Assembly: GCA_050613775.1 (NCBI GenBank)
Contig: JBODTK010000103.1
Location: forward strand, 186,001 to 250,000
DNA from: Neocallimastix sp. 'constans'
Lineage: Eukaryota
DNA length: 64,000 bases
Direction of reading: 5' to 3'
The translations under genes and the position numbers were made by a program. The notes under the pieces were generated by a model. It had not been told where the DNA came from. It searched no databases and saw only the letters and a list, made by a program, of their open reading frames with translations. The first letter of the stretch is position 1. Every line of letters starts with the position of its first letter. This document shows, in pieces, positions 10,267 to 38,813 of this stretch.

Positions 10267-11971
10267 AATCAATACATTTTTAAAAGAAAAATTAATATTA
10301 TAATAATATATATAATAACCAATAATAAACGAATTTTTAAATATATTTATTATTATAATTACTTATTTCTATATTAAAAGTGTCATTTTTAAATTTAGAA
10401 CCCTTTATCAATATTTATTAATTAAAGATAACATTTATATATAATAAATTTTTTTATATAACAACTAATATACATTTTTTAAAACAAAAAAATATAAATA
10501 AAAATAAAAATTTTCTTTTATTTAAAATTTTTATAAATATTTATATAATTTATTTACATATAATTTATTTTTATTTTTTATTTATTACTTAAATTATAAG
10601 TATAATTCCTTTTATTATAAGAAATATAAATCTTTTTAAGGATGTTTTTATTTTTCACTATTAATTAGATCATTAATTTGCTTATCACAAGTTCTTTCAA
10701 TACATCTTTTAGATAAACACTCATTATTATTTTTTACGTGGTTCATCATAGTTTGCTAAAATACATATATGCATAACTATTAAAAAAAATAAAAATAAAA
10801 TTTAGATAGCACTAACCGTTCCAACAAGTGCTATAAAAGTACGAAAATAAACTAAGAATTTCATTTTTAGAAATACATTTGCTTATCCATTTATCTATTG
10901 ATTATTATTATTATTAGGGGATTTTTAATGGAAAATTATTTTATTATTGCTTCCTTTTTTTATTTTAAAAAAATAATTTCCATATTTTTATTATTTTTCG
11001 AATAACTTTGATAATACATTTATTGTATATTAATTTATTAATTTATTTCTAATAGTTTCATTTAAAGTATTTTATTTAATTCTTATGAAAATATTATTAA
11101 ATTTTTATTATTGAATTATTTAATGTTTTAAAATTAAAAGATTTTTATAGATATGGTACTTAGAACTTTGGTTTCAAATATCATTTTATAATTTAATATT
11201 GCATATTTTAAATGATGTGGTATATATGTAAAAAATCTATATTTAAAATATTTTATAAGAAATAAAATATATATTTAAAAAAAAAAAAAAAAGAATAAAA
11301 AAAAAATAATATTAAAAAAGAAATTATTGAATGAATATTAAAAATTTAATATAAGGTTAAAATATCTGAATATTAAATATTTCAAAAATAATTTTTAACT
11401 TAACTACTTTAAATTTTAGTAGTATGTAAAATGTCAATCATATAACCTACTATTATTTTTTACTAAAAAATATTTTTTATTGGTTATTAATTAATGAAAC
11501 AAAATAAATGTATTAATAATAAATAACAGTGAAGGTTTTTTTTTTTTAAAAATAGTAAATATATTTTTTTATAATTTATTTTTGAACTATAATAAAAAAA
11601 CATAACATATGGATACATAATATATAATTAAAAAATATTGGAATAAAAAATTTAATGAGAATTAAAAATTCATATTTATAAATTTTAATGTCATTCGAAA
11701 TAATTATTAAAAGTATCAGATAAAAAATATTCTCAATGATATTTATTAATGAAAATATAGAAATTTAAATTTTAAAAATTGGATTTTACAAAAAAATATA
11801 TATAATATATTTATAGGTATATACAAAAAATTAAAATTAAACTTTTAAATATATATATTATATCATATGAATTAAATAGAAAATCATTATAATTAGTAAA
11901 GATGTATCCATGTAATTAGCTATATATTTATTTAATAAAATCTAAAATAATTTATATATTTGTTTTATAGC

Positions 11972-12022
<51 letters not shown>

Positions 12023-12396
12023 CTAAATAATATTATATAAAATAGTAAATAAAAGAATAAAACTAACACTTCATATTAATTAATTTAGAGATTTTAATAT
12101 CAGACTAAATATTGATATATTGAAATTTACTATATTTATTTTTATGATTTATTTGAAATTCTAAAAATATTCAATTTTTAAAATATATAAATTATTAAGT
12201 ATTATCAAAATTTTATAATTATTCAGTACTAAAATACCTCTTTTTAAATATTTTTAAAATATTCATTTAATATAATATATAAAATCAAATATTTTAATAT
12301 TATTAATCAATTTCATATGATTTTATAATTAAATTTTAATTTGAAATTTGATTTGTGGTAAAAACAAATTTCGAAATTATAATAAATATAGAAGTA

Positions 12397-12443
<47 letters not shown>

Positions 12444-12775
12444 TTTTTTTTTTTTTTAAAAAAAAAATTAATAAAAATAGAAAATATAATTGTAGTATAA
12501 AATCAATTTATTATTGAAATGCGTTTTTTATTAATTTAATGATTTGAAATTTACTTTTTTTTTTTTTTTTTTTATTAATTTTAATTTTTAAATTATTATA
12601 CTTTAAATATTTATTTGATATAATTAATATAAAAACTTTTATTATTTTATTTTTATATATTCTGTATAATAAAAAACTAGTTTTTTCTTTTATTCTTTCT
12701 TTTTTAGGATTTCTTCTTTATTTTATTTAACAATCTATAATAAGTTCAAAAAAATAATTATTTTTATAATATACA

Positions 12776-18938
<6,163 letters not shown>

Positions 18939-20188
18939 TTTAATAATAATGACAAAAGTGATGATAAAAATAATTATAATGATTTAAATAATACAAATAC
19001 TAATAAAAGTAATTACCTCTCATATTAATAGTATTAATAAATTTATCTATTTTAATTTTGATAATATAACAACATACAATAGTAATAACAACTTCAATAA
19101 AAATCGAAAAAAAAAAAAATAAAATAAAATAATTATAAAAATTATAATAATAATAATTTCTAATATAATATAATAATAGCTTTAATAAATTGGATAATGA
19201 TTTAAAAAATAATAATGATAATAAAAGTGACCGAAAATAATAATATAAAAATAATTGATATTTATTTTTCTCTTTTTTCTCTTTTTTATGAATTAAATTT
19301 TTTTTTTTTTTCTTTTTTTTTAAAAAAAAAAATAAAATAAAATTTTTATGTCATATTATTTTTAATGGTTATTAATAATTTTATTATACAATTAATGCAA
19401 TATAATATAAATAATTGTGTATATATTAATAATAATTAATTTAAGATTTAAAATATGTTTATTCAAACAAGCTCATTATTTAGAACAAATTTATATGGTA
19501 AATTGATTTATTAATTTTTTTTTTAACAAAAAAAAAAAAAAAAAAAAAAAAATTCTGTATTTATATTTTAATATATATTTTAGAACTTATTTTAATTTTA
19601 TATACATATTCTTTTTCTATTATTAAATTTTGTTTCTGTCTAAATTTATTAGTTTAAATTTTTTATTTTCGTTTTATTTTTATTCTTGATTATTAAAAAA
19701 AACAAAAAAAAAAAAAAAGAAAAAAAAAAAAAAAAAGGAAAAATATATATATATATATATATAATGAATTAATAAATAAATAGTTAAATTAATAAATGAA
19801 TAAATAATTTAATAAATAAATTATTAGATAGACAAAATAAATCCCTTTAGTATTAAATTATTAAGTTAAATTAAAATATTTCAATTATTAATTATACATA
19901 ATTTTATTTTATTTTTATTTTTATTAATTTATTATATTTATAAATTTCTAATTATTTTATTAAATTATTTGTAAAAATTATTTTATGTTAATTTTGTATT
20001 TCTATTGCATTTTTCTACAATTTAATTTTATATAATATTTATATCTAAAATTGTTATAAATTATTTATTTCGTGTATTTTCATTTATCATAATAAAAAAA
20101 AAATATTTTTTTTTTTCATTATTTTTAACTTTATTCATTTAATTATTTTCATTATATATTATTATTATTATTATTATTATTATTAAAT

Positions 20189-22202
20189 TTAATTCATGTT
20201 AAGAAGGTTCTTGATATATTGAATATATTCAGATCTTGGAACAATTTCACCATTACCACTGTCCTTGTTGCTTTGGTCCTTAATTTTAACAACTTGCTTT
20301 TCAATTTCTTCTTTACCAATAATAATGGCATATGGAATCTTTTCTCTATCACAAACTTGGAATTGTTTATCAAGTTTTGGATCAGCCTTATACATGAATT
20401 CAGCCTTAATTTCATTGTTCCATAATTCCTTACAAATCTTCATTTTTTCAGTTAATAATCCCTTACCAACTGAACAAACGTAAACTTGAACTTCATTAGA
20501 TTTAACTTCTTCTAATTTCATCTTACGTAAAAGAATAGAGAAGATTCTTTCAACACCAACACTGAAACCAACACATGGAACAGCTCTGTTACCAGAGAAC
20601 ATACCAACCAAGTTATCGTAACGACCACCAGCAGAGACAGAACCAACATTTCCTTCATCTTCACTCTTCTTCTTCTTACCAGATTCTGGTGGAGCATTAA
20701 CAACGGCTTCATAAATAACACCAGTGTAATAATCTAAACCACGAGCTAAACTTAAGTCGAATGAAATTCTATCTAAAACATCAAAGGCTTCAAGATATTC
20801 AAATAATAATTTCATTTCCTTAATACCAATCATAGCAGTTTCATTTGAACCTAATTTTTCTTCTAAAATATCACACATTTCACGACCACCCTTGAATACA
20901 ACGAAAGTTCCAATTTTATCAGCAACTTCTGGGTCAAGACCCTTTAATTCAACCATTTCCTTGCGAACTTCTTCCCATGGAGCCTATAATAATTTTAATA
21001 TTTTTAAATCAATAAAATATAATAATTTAGTTTATATTAGTAATAATTACTAAATTTTTTATTTTCTTTTATTTTATTTATTTTTCATTTTATTGTATCT
21101 ATAATTTGACTTAATAATTGCAATAAACTAAAATTACCTTATCTAATTTATCAACAGCTGAAGAAATAGTTCTAATTTTATCCTTTGGTACACCACAATA
21201 TTCAAACATACCATCAAGAATCTTTCTGTGATTAAGTTTAATAGTGAAATCACCGATTTCTAAAGCGGTTAAAGTTTCTTTCATGATTCTAAGGATTTCA
21301 GCATCTGGAACCATTGGATCATAAGTACCAGCAATATCAAAATCCTAATTATTCATATTTTTATTTTATTTATATATAAATTTATATCTTTAATATTAGA
21401 TTTTTTCTTGTATATATTAATATATATTATTCTGTTTTATATAAATTATTTATTACTATTTATACATACACATTGAACAAATTCTCTCATACGACCACGA
21501 GCAACTGAAGGTTGATCTCTTCTGTAGACCTTAGCAATGTTGTATCTTTTAATGTTTTGATACTTACTACCATTCATAGCGACGAATCTAGCAAATGGAA
21601 CAGTTAAATCATATCTTAAAGAACATAATTCACCACCTTGATCTTGTAAATCATAAATAAGTTTACTATCTTCACCATATTTACCCATTAAAATTTCTTT
21701 TAATTCAAAAACTGGAGTATCAATGGTAACGGCACCATGACGTTTAAAAATAGTTTTAATGGTATCAAAAATCTTGTCTCTGATAGCCATTTCCTTATCA
21801 TTATAATCTTTGGTACCCTATAATCAATAAATTTATAAATTATTTTAATATATAATATAAATACAAAATATTAATATTAATTAATTTAATTTGAATATAT
21901 TTTTAAACATATTTATTTCAATGCTATATGTATATAATCCTGTTAAATATTTTTAATATTATATAAATGCATATAAATATATTTACCTTTGGTGTCTTTA
22001 AAGTGAAATTTTTCTTTGAACCGGTGTTGGCTTTTTGATTGTTACCATTGTCAGAGGCGAAAGTTTTGTATTCAGCTTTTAATTCTAAAAGCTTTTTTAC
22101 TTCAGCCTGAATTTGTTCCTTTGGAGCATTAATTTTCTTTAAGGCAGCAATAGCAGCTGTTTGAACATTAATTTGTTCTTTAACTTCTTCGGCAGTAGCC
22201 AT
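20189..22202 (-). CDS. HTS1: Histidine--tRNA ligase with N-terminal WHEP-like domain; 4 exons (22202-21987, 21817-21470, 21344-21138, 20983-20189)
   Basis: Motifs [53 protein letters not shown] and GGRYDNL. Splice phases are consistent. Confidence 0.97.
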
Positions 22203-24655
22203 TGTTTATTAATCTTCTATAGTTAATGATAAATATAAATATAGTTATTAGTATTTATAATAATTCTATTCTGTTTAATTAAACAGATTTCAAAATATAT
22301 TAATCTATATAAATTTCATTTGAATATCAATATTTCATTTTAGTTATAAAACAAATTCATCTTTTATATGAAACTTTCGTTTTTATCTAATTTATATAAA
22401 AAAATAAAATCTAGATTTCTTTAAATTTTCAAAATTTAATAAAAATTCTATTTTAATATTATTCATATATTATTAAAAAAATAATGAATTTACTTATATA
22501 TCTATTAATTAAAAGTGTACTATAAAGTATCAATTTCTAAATATACTCTTTTTTTTTCTAAAAATTTATTATTTATCAAAATTACTCTTTTTTTTACCTA
22601 ACAAAATTAATAATAATTTAAGTGCAGTACATAAAAAAAAAAAAAAAAAAAAAAAATAGTAAAAAAAAATTACTATCATATAATTGGATTAAAAAAATAT
22701 ATTAAAATAAATTAATAATATATATCATAATTATTTTTGAAAAATTAATCGACCATTATTATTGGTTAATAGAACGAGTAATCACTGATATTTCAAGTTT
22801 AAAATAATTTAGTAAAAAATTAATTCCCTAGATGAATAACATCTACAATATCAAAGAAAAAATTTTTTTAAATTTTTTTATTTATTTACATTGTTTTGAT
22901 ATATGTACATATTCAAATTATTTAAAATTAATCATTACTTAAAAAAGAAAAATTATATGTACCTCTTTTTAAAATATTTTATTTTTATTTTTATCTTTAT
23001 TGTCATCGATTAATTTAATAGTTTGATAATAATAATTAATAAAAATAAAAGTTATTATAAATTATTTCAAAATGTTTAAATAATTATTTTATGTTTGATA
23101 TATTTAAATCATTATTATTTTTATATTTATGTTGAATAAACTAGGTTTTATATATTATTTTATTAAGTATTTATTAATAAATATATGTAGTAATATTTAA
23201 ACTTTAAATAATATTATTCAGAAAGTTAAGTGTTTAATATCTGTAGAACATTGATTAAATAAATTTAAATAAATATAATTTTTTTGAAGTATTTTTGAAG
23301 TATTTTTTTTTTGCTTAAATATTTTCAGAAAATAAAGTATACATAAAATTTAATTAGAAATATAAATATATAAATATATAAATTAAAAATGATTATATAA
23401 CATCTATTTTTGTAGTTTAAATGACAAAACTTTTAAAGTGATGTAAAAAATTTTTTTTGATACTATTATTTTTTTTTTAAAAGTAATTAATATTATATTC
23501 ATTTATTATATATAGATAAATATTTATTTTATTTATTATTACTATTATAATATTTTTTTTTTCTAAAATATTAATCAAATATATTTTGAATTTCAGACTT
23601 TATAAAATAAAATAAAATTAAATAAATAGTGAAGTAATATAAAAGAATAAAGTATTAATAAAAATAAAATAAAATAATTTGTAGGATATGAATTATAGAT
23701 TGAATAAATTAAATAGTAGAATATGAATATAAAGTACAGATTGAATAAAATAAAATAAATCATATAAATATGAATTTAAAGTACAGATTAAATAAAATAA
23801 AAAAAAAAAAAAAATAGAAATATGTTAACATAATAATAAAATAATAAAATATAATAAAATATTTATAATATTAATAATATATATACTAAATTTTATTTTT
23901 TCATTTTTTATTTTGTTTTATATTATTCCATTTTATTTTATTTTATTTTATTTATTTATTTATTTATTATTATTATTTTTTTTTTTAAATAATTTTGTAG
24001 ATTAATAATTTAAACTAGACTTTAGATAATATCAAAAAAAATTATTATTATAATTTTTATTAGTTATTATAAATATTATTTCAAATATTTAAATATTAAT
24101 ATATTCATTTATGCATATATTACTATTTGAATTCTTTTTTAGTTAAAATAAATTAATACAAAAAAGAATAAAATACGAAATAAATATATAATTAGTAAAA
24201 AAAAATAAATTGTATTAAATAAAATAAAATTATAATTTATTTTTATAATTATTTTATCATTAATTATTATTATTAATTATTGTACATTTAAATATTTATG
24301 TTATTTATTTTATTATTGGTTAATAATTGTTATTGTATATGAAACATATTTTTCTACTTTAAACTTTTTTTTTAAATTCTATAATACCATTTAGTTTTTA
24401 AAAATCCAAACCCAAAGTCAATCATAATTATTAAATCGGTAATGTTTTCATAATTAATAAAGGAAATAAATTATAAATAATATAAATAATAAATAAGAAA
24501 AAGAAAGTAGTAATAATAATATTATTGTTAGTATAAATATATAAAAATATAATATTTAAAAAAAAAAATTTTTTTCTTTAAAACTTAGTAAAGATATATA
24601 TATATATATATTTATATAATTATTTATTTATTAGAAATTTCAATATAATTAATTA

Positions 24656-26030
24656 TTACCCATTTACAGGACCATTACAATTTTTTATTGAATCTGAATC
24701 TACCATTTCTTTCACTTCATCTGATTGTTTAGCTTCATCCAATGAAACCAAATCTGGGTTACTAGATTGTTTTAAGCTTTTAAGTGATGAACCACCTAAA
24801 AGTGGTGGTGGCATTGGTGGTAATGGTTTATCTATAATTTCTTGATAATTTAATGGTGTTGCTATATTAGACAATATCGAATCTGTATTTGGATAGCGAT
24901 TTGAATCAAATACAGATTGGAAAATATTAACGGTAGTTGTAATTGGTGTATAATATGATTTCTTTAGTTCATCTCTATTATACGATGAGCGATTAGTATT
25001 GATAGTTAAAGGTGAAAATTTATTTCTATTATTTTTTGGTTTACTTTCAACATTTAATTCTATTTCATTTATTTCAGGTTCTTCGGTAGTATTTGAAATA
25101 TTGAAAAGATTTTCTTGACTTTGTTCATGTTGATCTAAATTCTTTTCAAAATCAGACATATCAATTGCTTCACACCATCCTTCTTCATAGAAAAATTGAT
25201 AATCAGTTGGTAATGATGGTATTTCTGGTGGTATAATAGGTATATCAATACGTTCACTTCCTAATTCTAAAAGACATAATTTCAAATTAATATCTGTTAA
25301 TTGTTGGATATACTTAGCAGTGCTTTTACTTGAAATATTTTTATCTAGAAACATATTAAAACCATCAATCCACTCTGAATATTTTACTACACTATCACAA
25401 ATAAAATCAATATGTGATAAATTTTCTGAATCACGATTACCAACTAATGAGAAACATAAACTAGAATTAATATTTCTTTTATTATGTTGAATCATCAATG
25501 ATGAACCTTCCATTATATCCATATTAGTACTTAAATCAACTATAGTTTATTATAAATTATAAAATATAAAAAATTATGTATGAAAATATATGAAAGAATA
25601 TTATATTGTTATAAAAGTTAATATATTGATTTATAAATACTATAAATTTTAAATTGATTTATTAATACAATAATAAATATAAATTAATTTAATTTTACTT
25701 TTTTCAATTAATTCCTCTAGTGACGGTCTAGTATCTCTAATTTTTAAATATTCCGCATAATGTAAGCATTTTGTATTTGGAGATAATCTATAGTATCTAA
25801 ACATTTCCCTTACTCTTCCTCTATCTTTAATTATTGGGAACCAATCTCCTTGAACCAAACAATTAATTCTTTGTTCTTTAACAAATTTATAGCAATCTTT
25901 ATATAATCTTTCTCTAAGATGCCTATCAAAGAAATTATAATAAATTTTATTGTTATCAATAATTATTAATTATTATTTATATTAAATATTAATATAGAAC
26001 ATTAGTATTATTTATTAATATTTATTTTAC

Positions 26031-26114
<84 letters not shown>

Positions 26115-26122
26115 TATTATTA

Positions 26123-26172
<50 letters not shown>

Positions 26173-26874
26173 TATATTATTATTATTATTTATTATTTAT
26201 TGTTTATTTTTATTTATTATTCACTATTATTATTAAATAAAGTAATATATACCTAATTGGAATTTTAGACATCAAATCATCTTCTAATTCTAATTCTTTT
26301 ATATGACGTTCTTTTATAATTTGATATGGAGTATTTAACATATCATTTTTAAATTGATTTAAGGCGTCTGCCCCACTTGATTCCGCTTTTGTTATTGCAA
26401 AACGAAATTGTGATCTGACTAAAAGAGATACACGTAAAACATCTTCTGAATTTTGACTAATTTCACTTTCATGCCATAATTTTATAAAGCATTCAAGCGT
26501 TATTGCAAAGACTTTTTCAATTATAAATATAAATGGCTGAAAAGATGTAGTAGTAGTATCTATTTTATAAATTTTAATAAGATTTTTTAAAAAAATTTTA
26601 TAATTTTATAATATATTTTATTAAAATATTTATCAAAAATAAATTAAAAAATAAAATAAATTACAATAAAATAAAATAAAATAAATAGTAATATATATAT
26701 ATATATTTATATATATTTACATCCAGTATTAATATCCCAAAAATCGCATAACAATTCAATTACTTCTGTTGAAGCTCTCATGAATGGAAATGATATACCA
26801 TCAGTATGTTCTGATTCTTTTTTCAGTATCTTTATTAGCAATACATTAATAAATTAATTATAATTAATTTAAAA

Positions 26875-26909
<35 letters not shown>

Positions 26910-28808
26910 TTTTGTTTTTTATTACAATATTTTTTAAAAATATAATTAATTTTTTTCTATTTATATTTATTAATTTACATTTCTATATGTTTCAGTTTCA
27001 GTATTTGCGTATTTATTAATAATTTCTAAACCATAAAAACCAATTCTAAAAAGATCACGTTTTGGGTTTTCAGTCTTTGATTTAATTATATTTTTATATT
27101 TAATATAAATATTTATATATATAAATAAAATTTATTGAATTCTTTATATATATATATATATTATTTGAATACACAAAAAATTAAAATATTAATATATAAT
27201 AAATATATATACACTAAATCCAAGTTTTCTCCATTTCATATCACCCTCCTGTGTTAATCCTGAAAGAGTCCATAATTCTTCAAGCATTTTTTTATGAGTT
27301 TCATTTTCAGATGAATATTGTATATTTTTTTTAATATTACCCTCTTTAATTGTTAAACGTTGGAATTCAACAAGTTGCTTTGTTAATTCTTCAGCTGGAC
27401 TACCAATCATCAAATTCATCACAATTTCTTTAATATTTAATGCATTTAATTCATTTACAAAATTTTCACGATGCTTATCAGTAACATGACCAAGTAACGC
27501 ATTTATTAAATGAAGAGAATTAAATTGAAGAAGATAATCCGTAGCTGACAGACGTTGAACTAAAGTTGGTAAGAATTCCTTTGATTTAATAGCCTTATTA
27601 ACAACATCAAAGCCATAACACTGTACAGCACCTTTTGATGATTTATCAGCACATACTAATTTTACAATGATATTTGTTGCAGGTCTACAAATATTTACAA
27701 GATTTTGTTGAACAATAATAGATATAATCTTTATATTATTTTTATAATAATAATTATTAATAAAAAGAATTAAGAGCAGTTATAAATTTATTTATTACAA
27801 TAATATAAAGAATTTTTTTCAAAAAAAAAAAAAAAAAAAAAAAAGGATATATAAATAATATAAATATATTATATAAAATATCTATAAAATAGAAAAATAC
27901 TAACCTGACCAACAAAATCTCTTGTAAAATTCTCCCAACCATGGTCATGTTCCATAAGATTTTGCAATGAGTTAAGAGCATACGCTAATGTATTACCTGG
28001 AATACTTTGACTATTCATAATTGTTCTTTGAAGATATGATAAACCTCCTAATCTAATAAATTCATCAACAAATTCAACCTCCTTAAGTAATTTATTAAAG
28101 ATAATTTTTATTAATTATTATTATTTTTCATTTTTATAAGTTCATACTTTAATTATTTACAATGATATTATAATTATTAATATTATTTTATTAAAAATAT
28201 TTAAACATTTTTATCTAATTTTGATATTAATATTTTACTTTTATATATTTTTGAAGCATAAATATAGTTCTTTTTACTGTTCCCTCATCAAATGATTTCA
28301 TATTTCCAACTGTATTAGCTGCTTCAATTGCCGGTGAAGCAACCAACTTCAAATGGTCACCTTCTTTAACTTTTCTTCTGAAGTTCTATTATATTAGACA
28401 TTATATTTTTGTTTAAGTAAATATAATACTTTTTTTTTTTTATTTTATTTTATTTATATATTTATGTTTTTTATTATAATTTCTCGTATTATATCAGAAA
28501 TGAATATTATATAATTAATAATACTTCATCTGTAATTAATTCTTCAGTTTCAAAATTTCTTAAAGATAGATCTTGAATTCTAAGTTCACTTTTGTTTAAT
28601 TCTAAACAAATATTTTTGATAATTGTTTCTATTGATAATGACTGATCGATAACATAGTCTATTTTTTGTTCCTTGAAAACAATAGTAACTTTATTAAATT
28701 AATATAGCAAACATATTATTATACAATATTATACATTTTTTTATATTGTAATATTTATAAATTATTGTTTTATAATGTTTATCTATAAGTATTTTAAATA
28801 ATAATAAC

Positions 28809-28857
<49 letters not shown>

Positions 28858-28907
28858 TTACCATGAAATTTTACTTTTGAATTGTTTAAGTGAAGAATAT
28901 CTGGCAT
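24656..28907 (-). CDS. ELMO: ELMO/CED-12 family protein (N-terminal RBD/ARM, ELMO domain, PH domain, Pro-rich tail); multi-exon
   Basis: Start MPDILHLNNSKVKFH|VTIV at 28907. Motifs GNTLAYALNSL..LMEHDHGW, KWRKLGF..ENPKRD, FYKEQRINCLVQGDWF-like segment, YYRLSPNTKCLHY, WIDGFNM and IPPEIPSLPTDYQF. Confidence 0.9.
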
Positions 28908-30250
28908 AGTCTTATATATATATATTTATATTTTATATAAATGAATTTATATATTATAAATAATTTTCTATTTTCCTTTCCTTTCTCTTCTTTTCTTTTC
29001 TTAATTTTATATATATGTATATTTTTTTATGTAAAATAAGCAATATGATAGTGTATATTAAATGCTTGACTTCAACATTTGTATTAATTTAATTAGGAAT
29101 CTTCAATTGATAGTATTTTAATAAATTAAATGTTTTTGTACACTTAAAAATTATTTAAAAATATTATATATACAATAAAATCTAAACAAATTCGAAAACT
29201 TTTTATCCTTTTGTTACAAAAAAAAAGTATGAAAAGAAAAATATAAGGTATAGATAATAATAAAAGTGAAGAAATTAATAAAATATATTCAACATATAAA
29301 AATAATATAAAATATAATATAAAATATATCCTTTTTTTAAAAAAAAAATCTAAATTCTTAAATTTCTTTTAATTATATATATAATTTAAATAAAATAAAA
29401 TTTATCTTTAAATAATAATATAAAAGATTAAAAGATATAAAATTAAAAAAATTAATTAATATATAGATAAATTAATCACTAATTATTACTATATTAGTAT
29501 TTTATGTTATTTTAAATTTTAAAGATTGAATAAAAAATAGTAATATTATATATAGTATAATATATTATAATATATTATTTTTAATTTAATTTATATATTT
29601 TCTTTTTAAAGAATGATAAAGTCAGTAATTAGAAAAAAATAAGAGAGAGAGAAAAAAACATTTTAAATTTTATTATATTTTTTTTATGAACTAAACTTAA
29701 ATTTTAATTGTTCTTTTTTAAAAATAATATTTAAAAAGATTTTTTTTAATATTATTAGAAAAGAAAAATTAAAATTTACATAAATGTAAATAATATATTG
29801 CATTAGACTTTACTTTCGATTTTAAAGTAAAGTCTATTTAATATATATTAAATTAATATAAAAAAAATGTGACATTTAAATAAAAATTTTATAGTATTAA
29901 ATATATAATAAGAGTAATATAATATCAATAGAATTACCACACATATAAATATATAGAACTTCAAGAAATTAAAATATAAATTTATAGTATTAATTGAATA
30001 AAATATATATTAAAATTTAAAAAAAAAAAAATAAGTATATAAATAAATAAATAGATAATTAAATAATATAATTTTTCAAAATTTCAAAATTTTATTTTAT
30101 TTAATTCTAATTAAAACTTTTATTTTATTTTATTGGCTTAAAAATAAAAGTTTTAATATATATCATATTAATTAATAATTTTAAAAGAGGATTAAATAAA
30201 ATAAAAAAGTAATCCCGTATTATGATAAAGTAATTAAAAATTTTAATATC

Positions 30251-30305
<55 letters not shown>

Positions 30306-31164
30306 AAACTAATGTAATTCAATAGGTTATATATATAATATAATTTAAGAAAATTTAAAATAGGCATTTTGAATTAAAGGAATTTTAAAATTGATTTATT
30401 AAAGGATTTCTAAATCTATATTTAATGAATGAGTCACTAATATATATTTTAAAAAAAAAAAAAAAAGAATAAAAAAAAATTATAAAGTTAAAAATAAATA
30501 AAATATAAACAATTAAAATATATAATAAAATCAATCAAGGACAATAAACTTAATAATTTAGTAATAATAATAATAACACATAAAAAAAATAAATAAATTT
30601 ATGAAAAAAAAAAAAAAATATATATATATATAATATTACCTATTTATATTTTTATACTTCCTATTTTTTTTCTTGGAATGAAAATATAAAAATATTTATC
30701 TATATTAGGCTTTCATTCATTTGGTAAAATAATAATAATATATGAGTCTTTCAATATATTATATCTTCATAATATCTTTTAATAATATAGAAAGGAATAA
30801 TTCCAAAATAATAAAACATAACAATAAATAAATAACTAATAAATTGACAACTAAATATTATATTTATATTAGCTGAAAGAATAATAATAAAAAGAAAATT
30901 GAAAAGAATATATAAAAATATATAAGATATCAATAAAAAAGTAATCAATAAGAATAATCAAACGTATAAAAAATATTAGAATAACCAATGAAATAATAAT
31001 TTTTTTTTTCTTCATTTAATAAAAATTTAAAAATCTATTATATTAATATTAATTATTATTAATACATAAAATAAACAACAAAACAAAGTATCAAATTATT
31101 TTAAAATAATATATATATATATATATATTTAATTTTAAAATTCGAATATTGGATTTATTTAAAA

Positions 31165-37528
<6,364 letters not shown>

Positions 37529-37864
37529 TGAATAATAATCATATATTTAAAATTAATTATTATTATTTTATTATATTATATTTTATTTTATTTTATTTTA
37601 TTTTATTTTATTTTATTTTATTTTATTTTATTTTATTTTATTTTTATTTTTATTTATTATTATTATTTTTAATATAAAAATATATCCTTATATTCTCTAT
37701 AAGAATATAAGATATTATATTAAACATAACAAAATAACAATAAAGCAAAAATAAACAATAATACATAAAATAATTAATGAATAAATAAAATAAAATAGTA
37801 ACTTTAAAAAAAAAATACTAAAAAAACAAATACTAAAAAAAACAAATACTAAAAAATAATAATA

Positions 37865-37902
<38 letters not shown>

Positions 37903-38418
37903 ATGTAAATAATAATTATAAAATGCACATAAAACAAAAAAATAAATTTATTAATAAAAAAATAAATTAAATATATTTAATAATTTTTAAAATATTATTT
38001 TATATCATAATTATTCCTTTATAATAATTATATAATAATTATAATTAAATATATAATAAAGTTTAGTTTACTCATTAATTTTACTAATATAGTTTTGTAA
38101 ACTATTAATTACTTTTAAAATTAAAAAAAAAAAAAAAAAAAAAAAAATTGATGTGTTAAATTAAAATCTCTTTAAAAATTATTTACAATAAAACAGAAAT
38201 TAATGTTTTTTTTTTTTCTAATTAAATATAAATTATACAATAGAATTTTTATACTAAATTAAAAGTTAATACTTTTAAAATATATTAACAAATAATACAA
38301 TATTTTTTTTTTTAATATTTGATTTAATATTAATATAAAGATTTATAGATGTAATAGATACTAAAACATCTATTTCAAATATTCTAAATTATTATAAAGA
38401 TGCCAAAAATATTTCATT

Positions 38419-38462
<44 letters not shown>

Positions 38463-38779
38463 GGAAAAGTTTAAAGTAATTAACAGTTATAAAAATTTTC
38501 GTAAACTATAAAAAAAAAAAAAAAAATAAAAATAAAAACTAATTTTTCAAAAATTTATATATTAATTATAAAAATGTGTATATTATATATATATAAATAT
38601 ATATATAAATTAATTACTGTTATATTCAAAGGAGAAAAAATAGAACAGCTTATAAATACAATAAAATCAATTCGTTCAATTAAAGATATTTGTACTGAAC
38701 TTAATAACAATGATTTAGAAACCAAGAAATTAATGAACTATTTTAATGTTACAAAATCGTATTAAAGTAAATGAAAAAA

Positions 38780-38813
<34 letters not shown>

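Noticed and set aside
28860..28864. Apparent ATG-only first exon of ELMO
   Set aside because: Its phase does not fit the next exon, whereas the ATG at 28907 gives a phase-1 junction that does.
30430..30436. TGAGTCA (Gcn4/AP-1 site) upstream of TSC1
   Set aside because: A single 7-mer that also occurs in coding sequence (~36495); it cannot be distinguished from chance.
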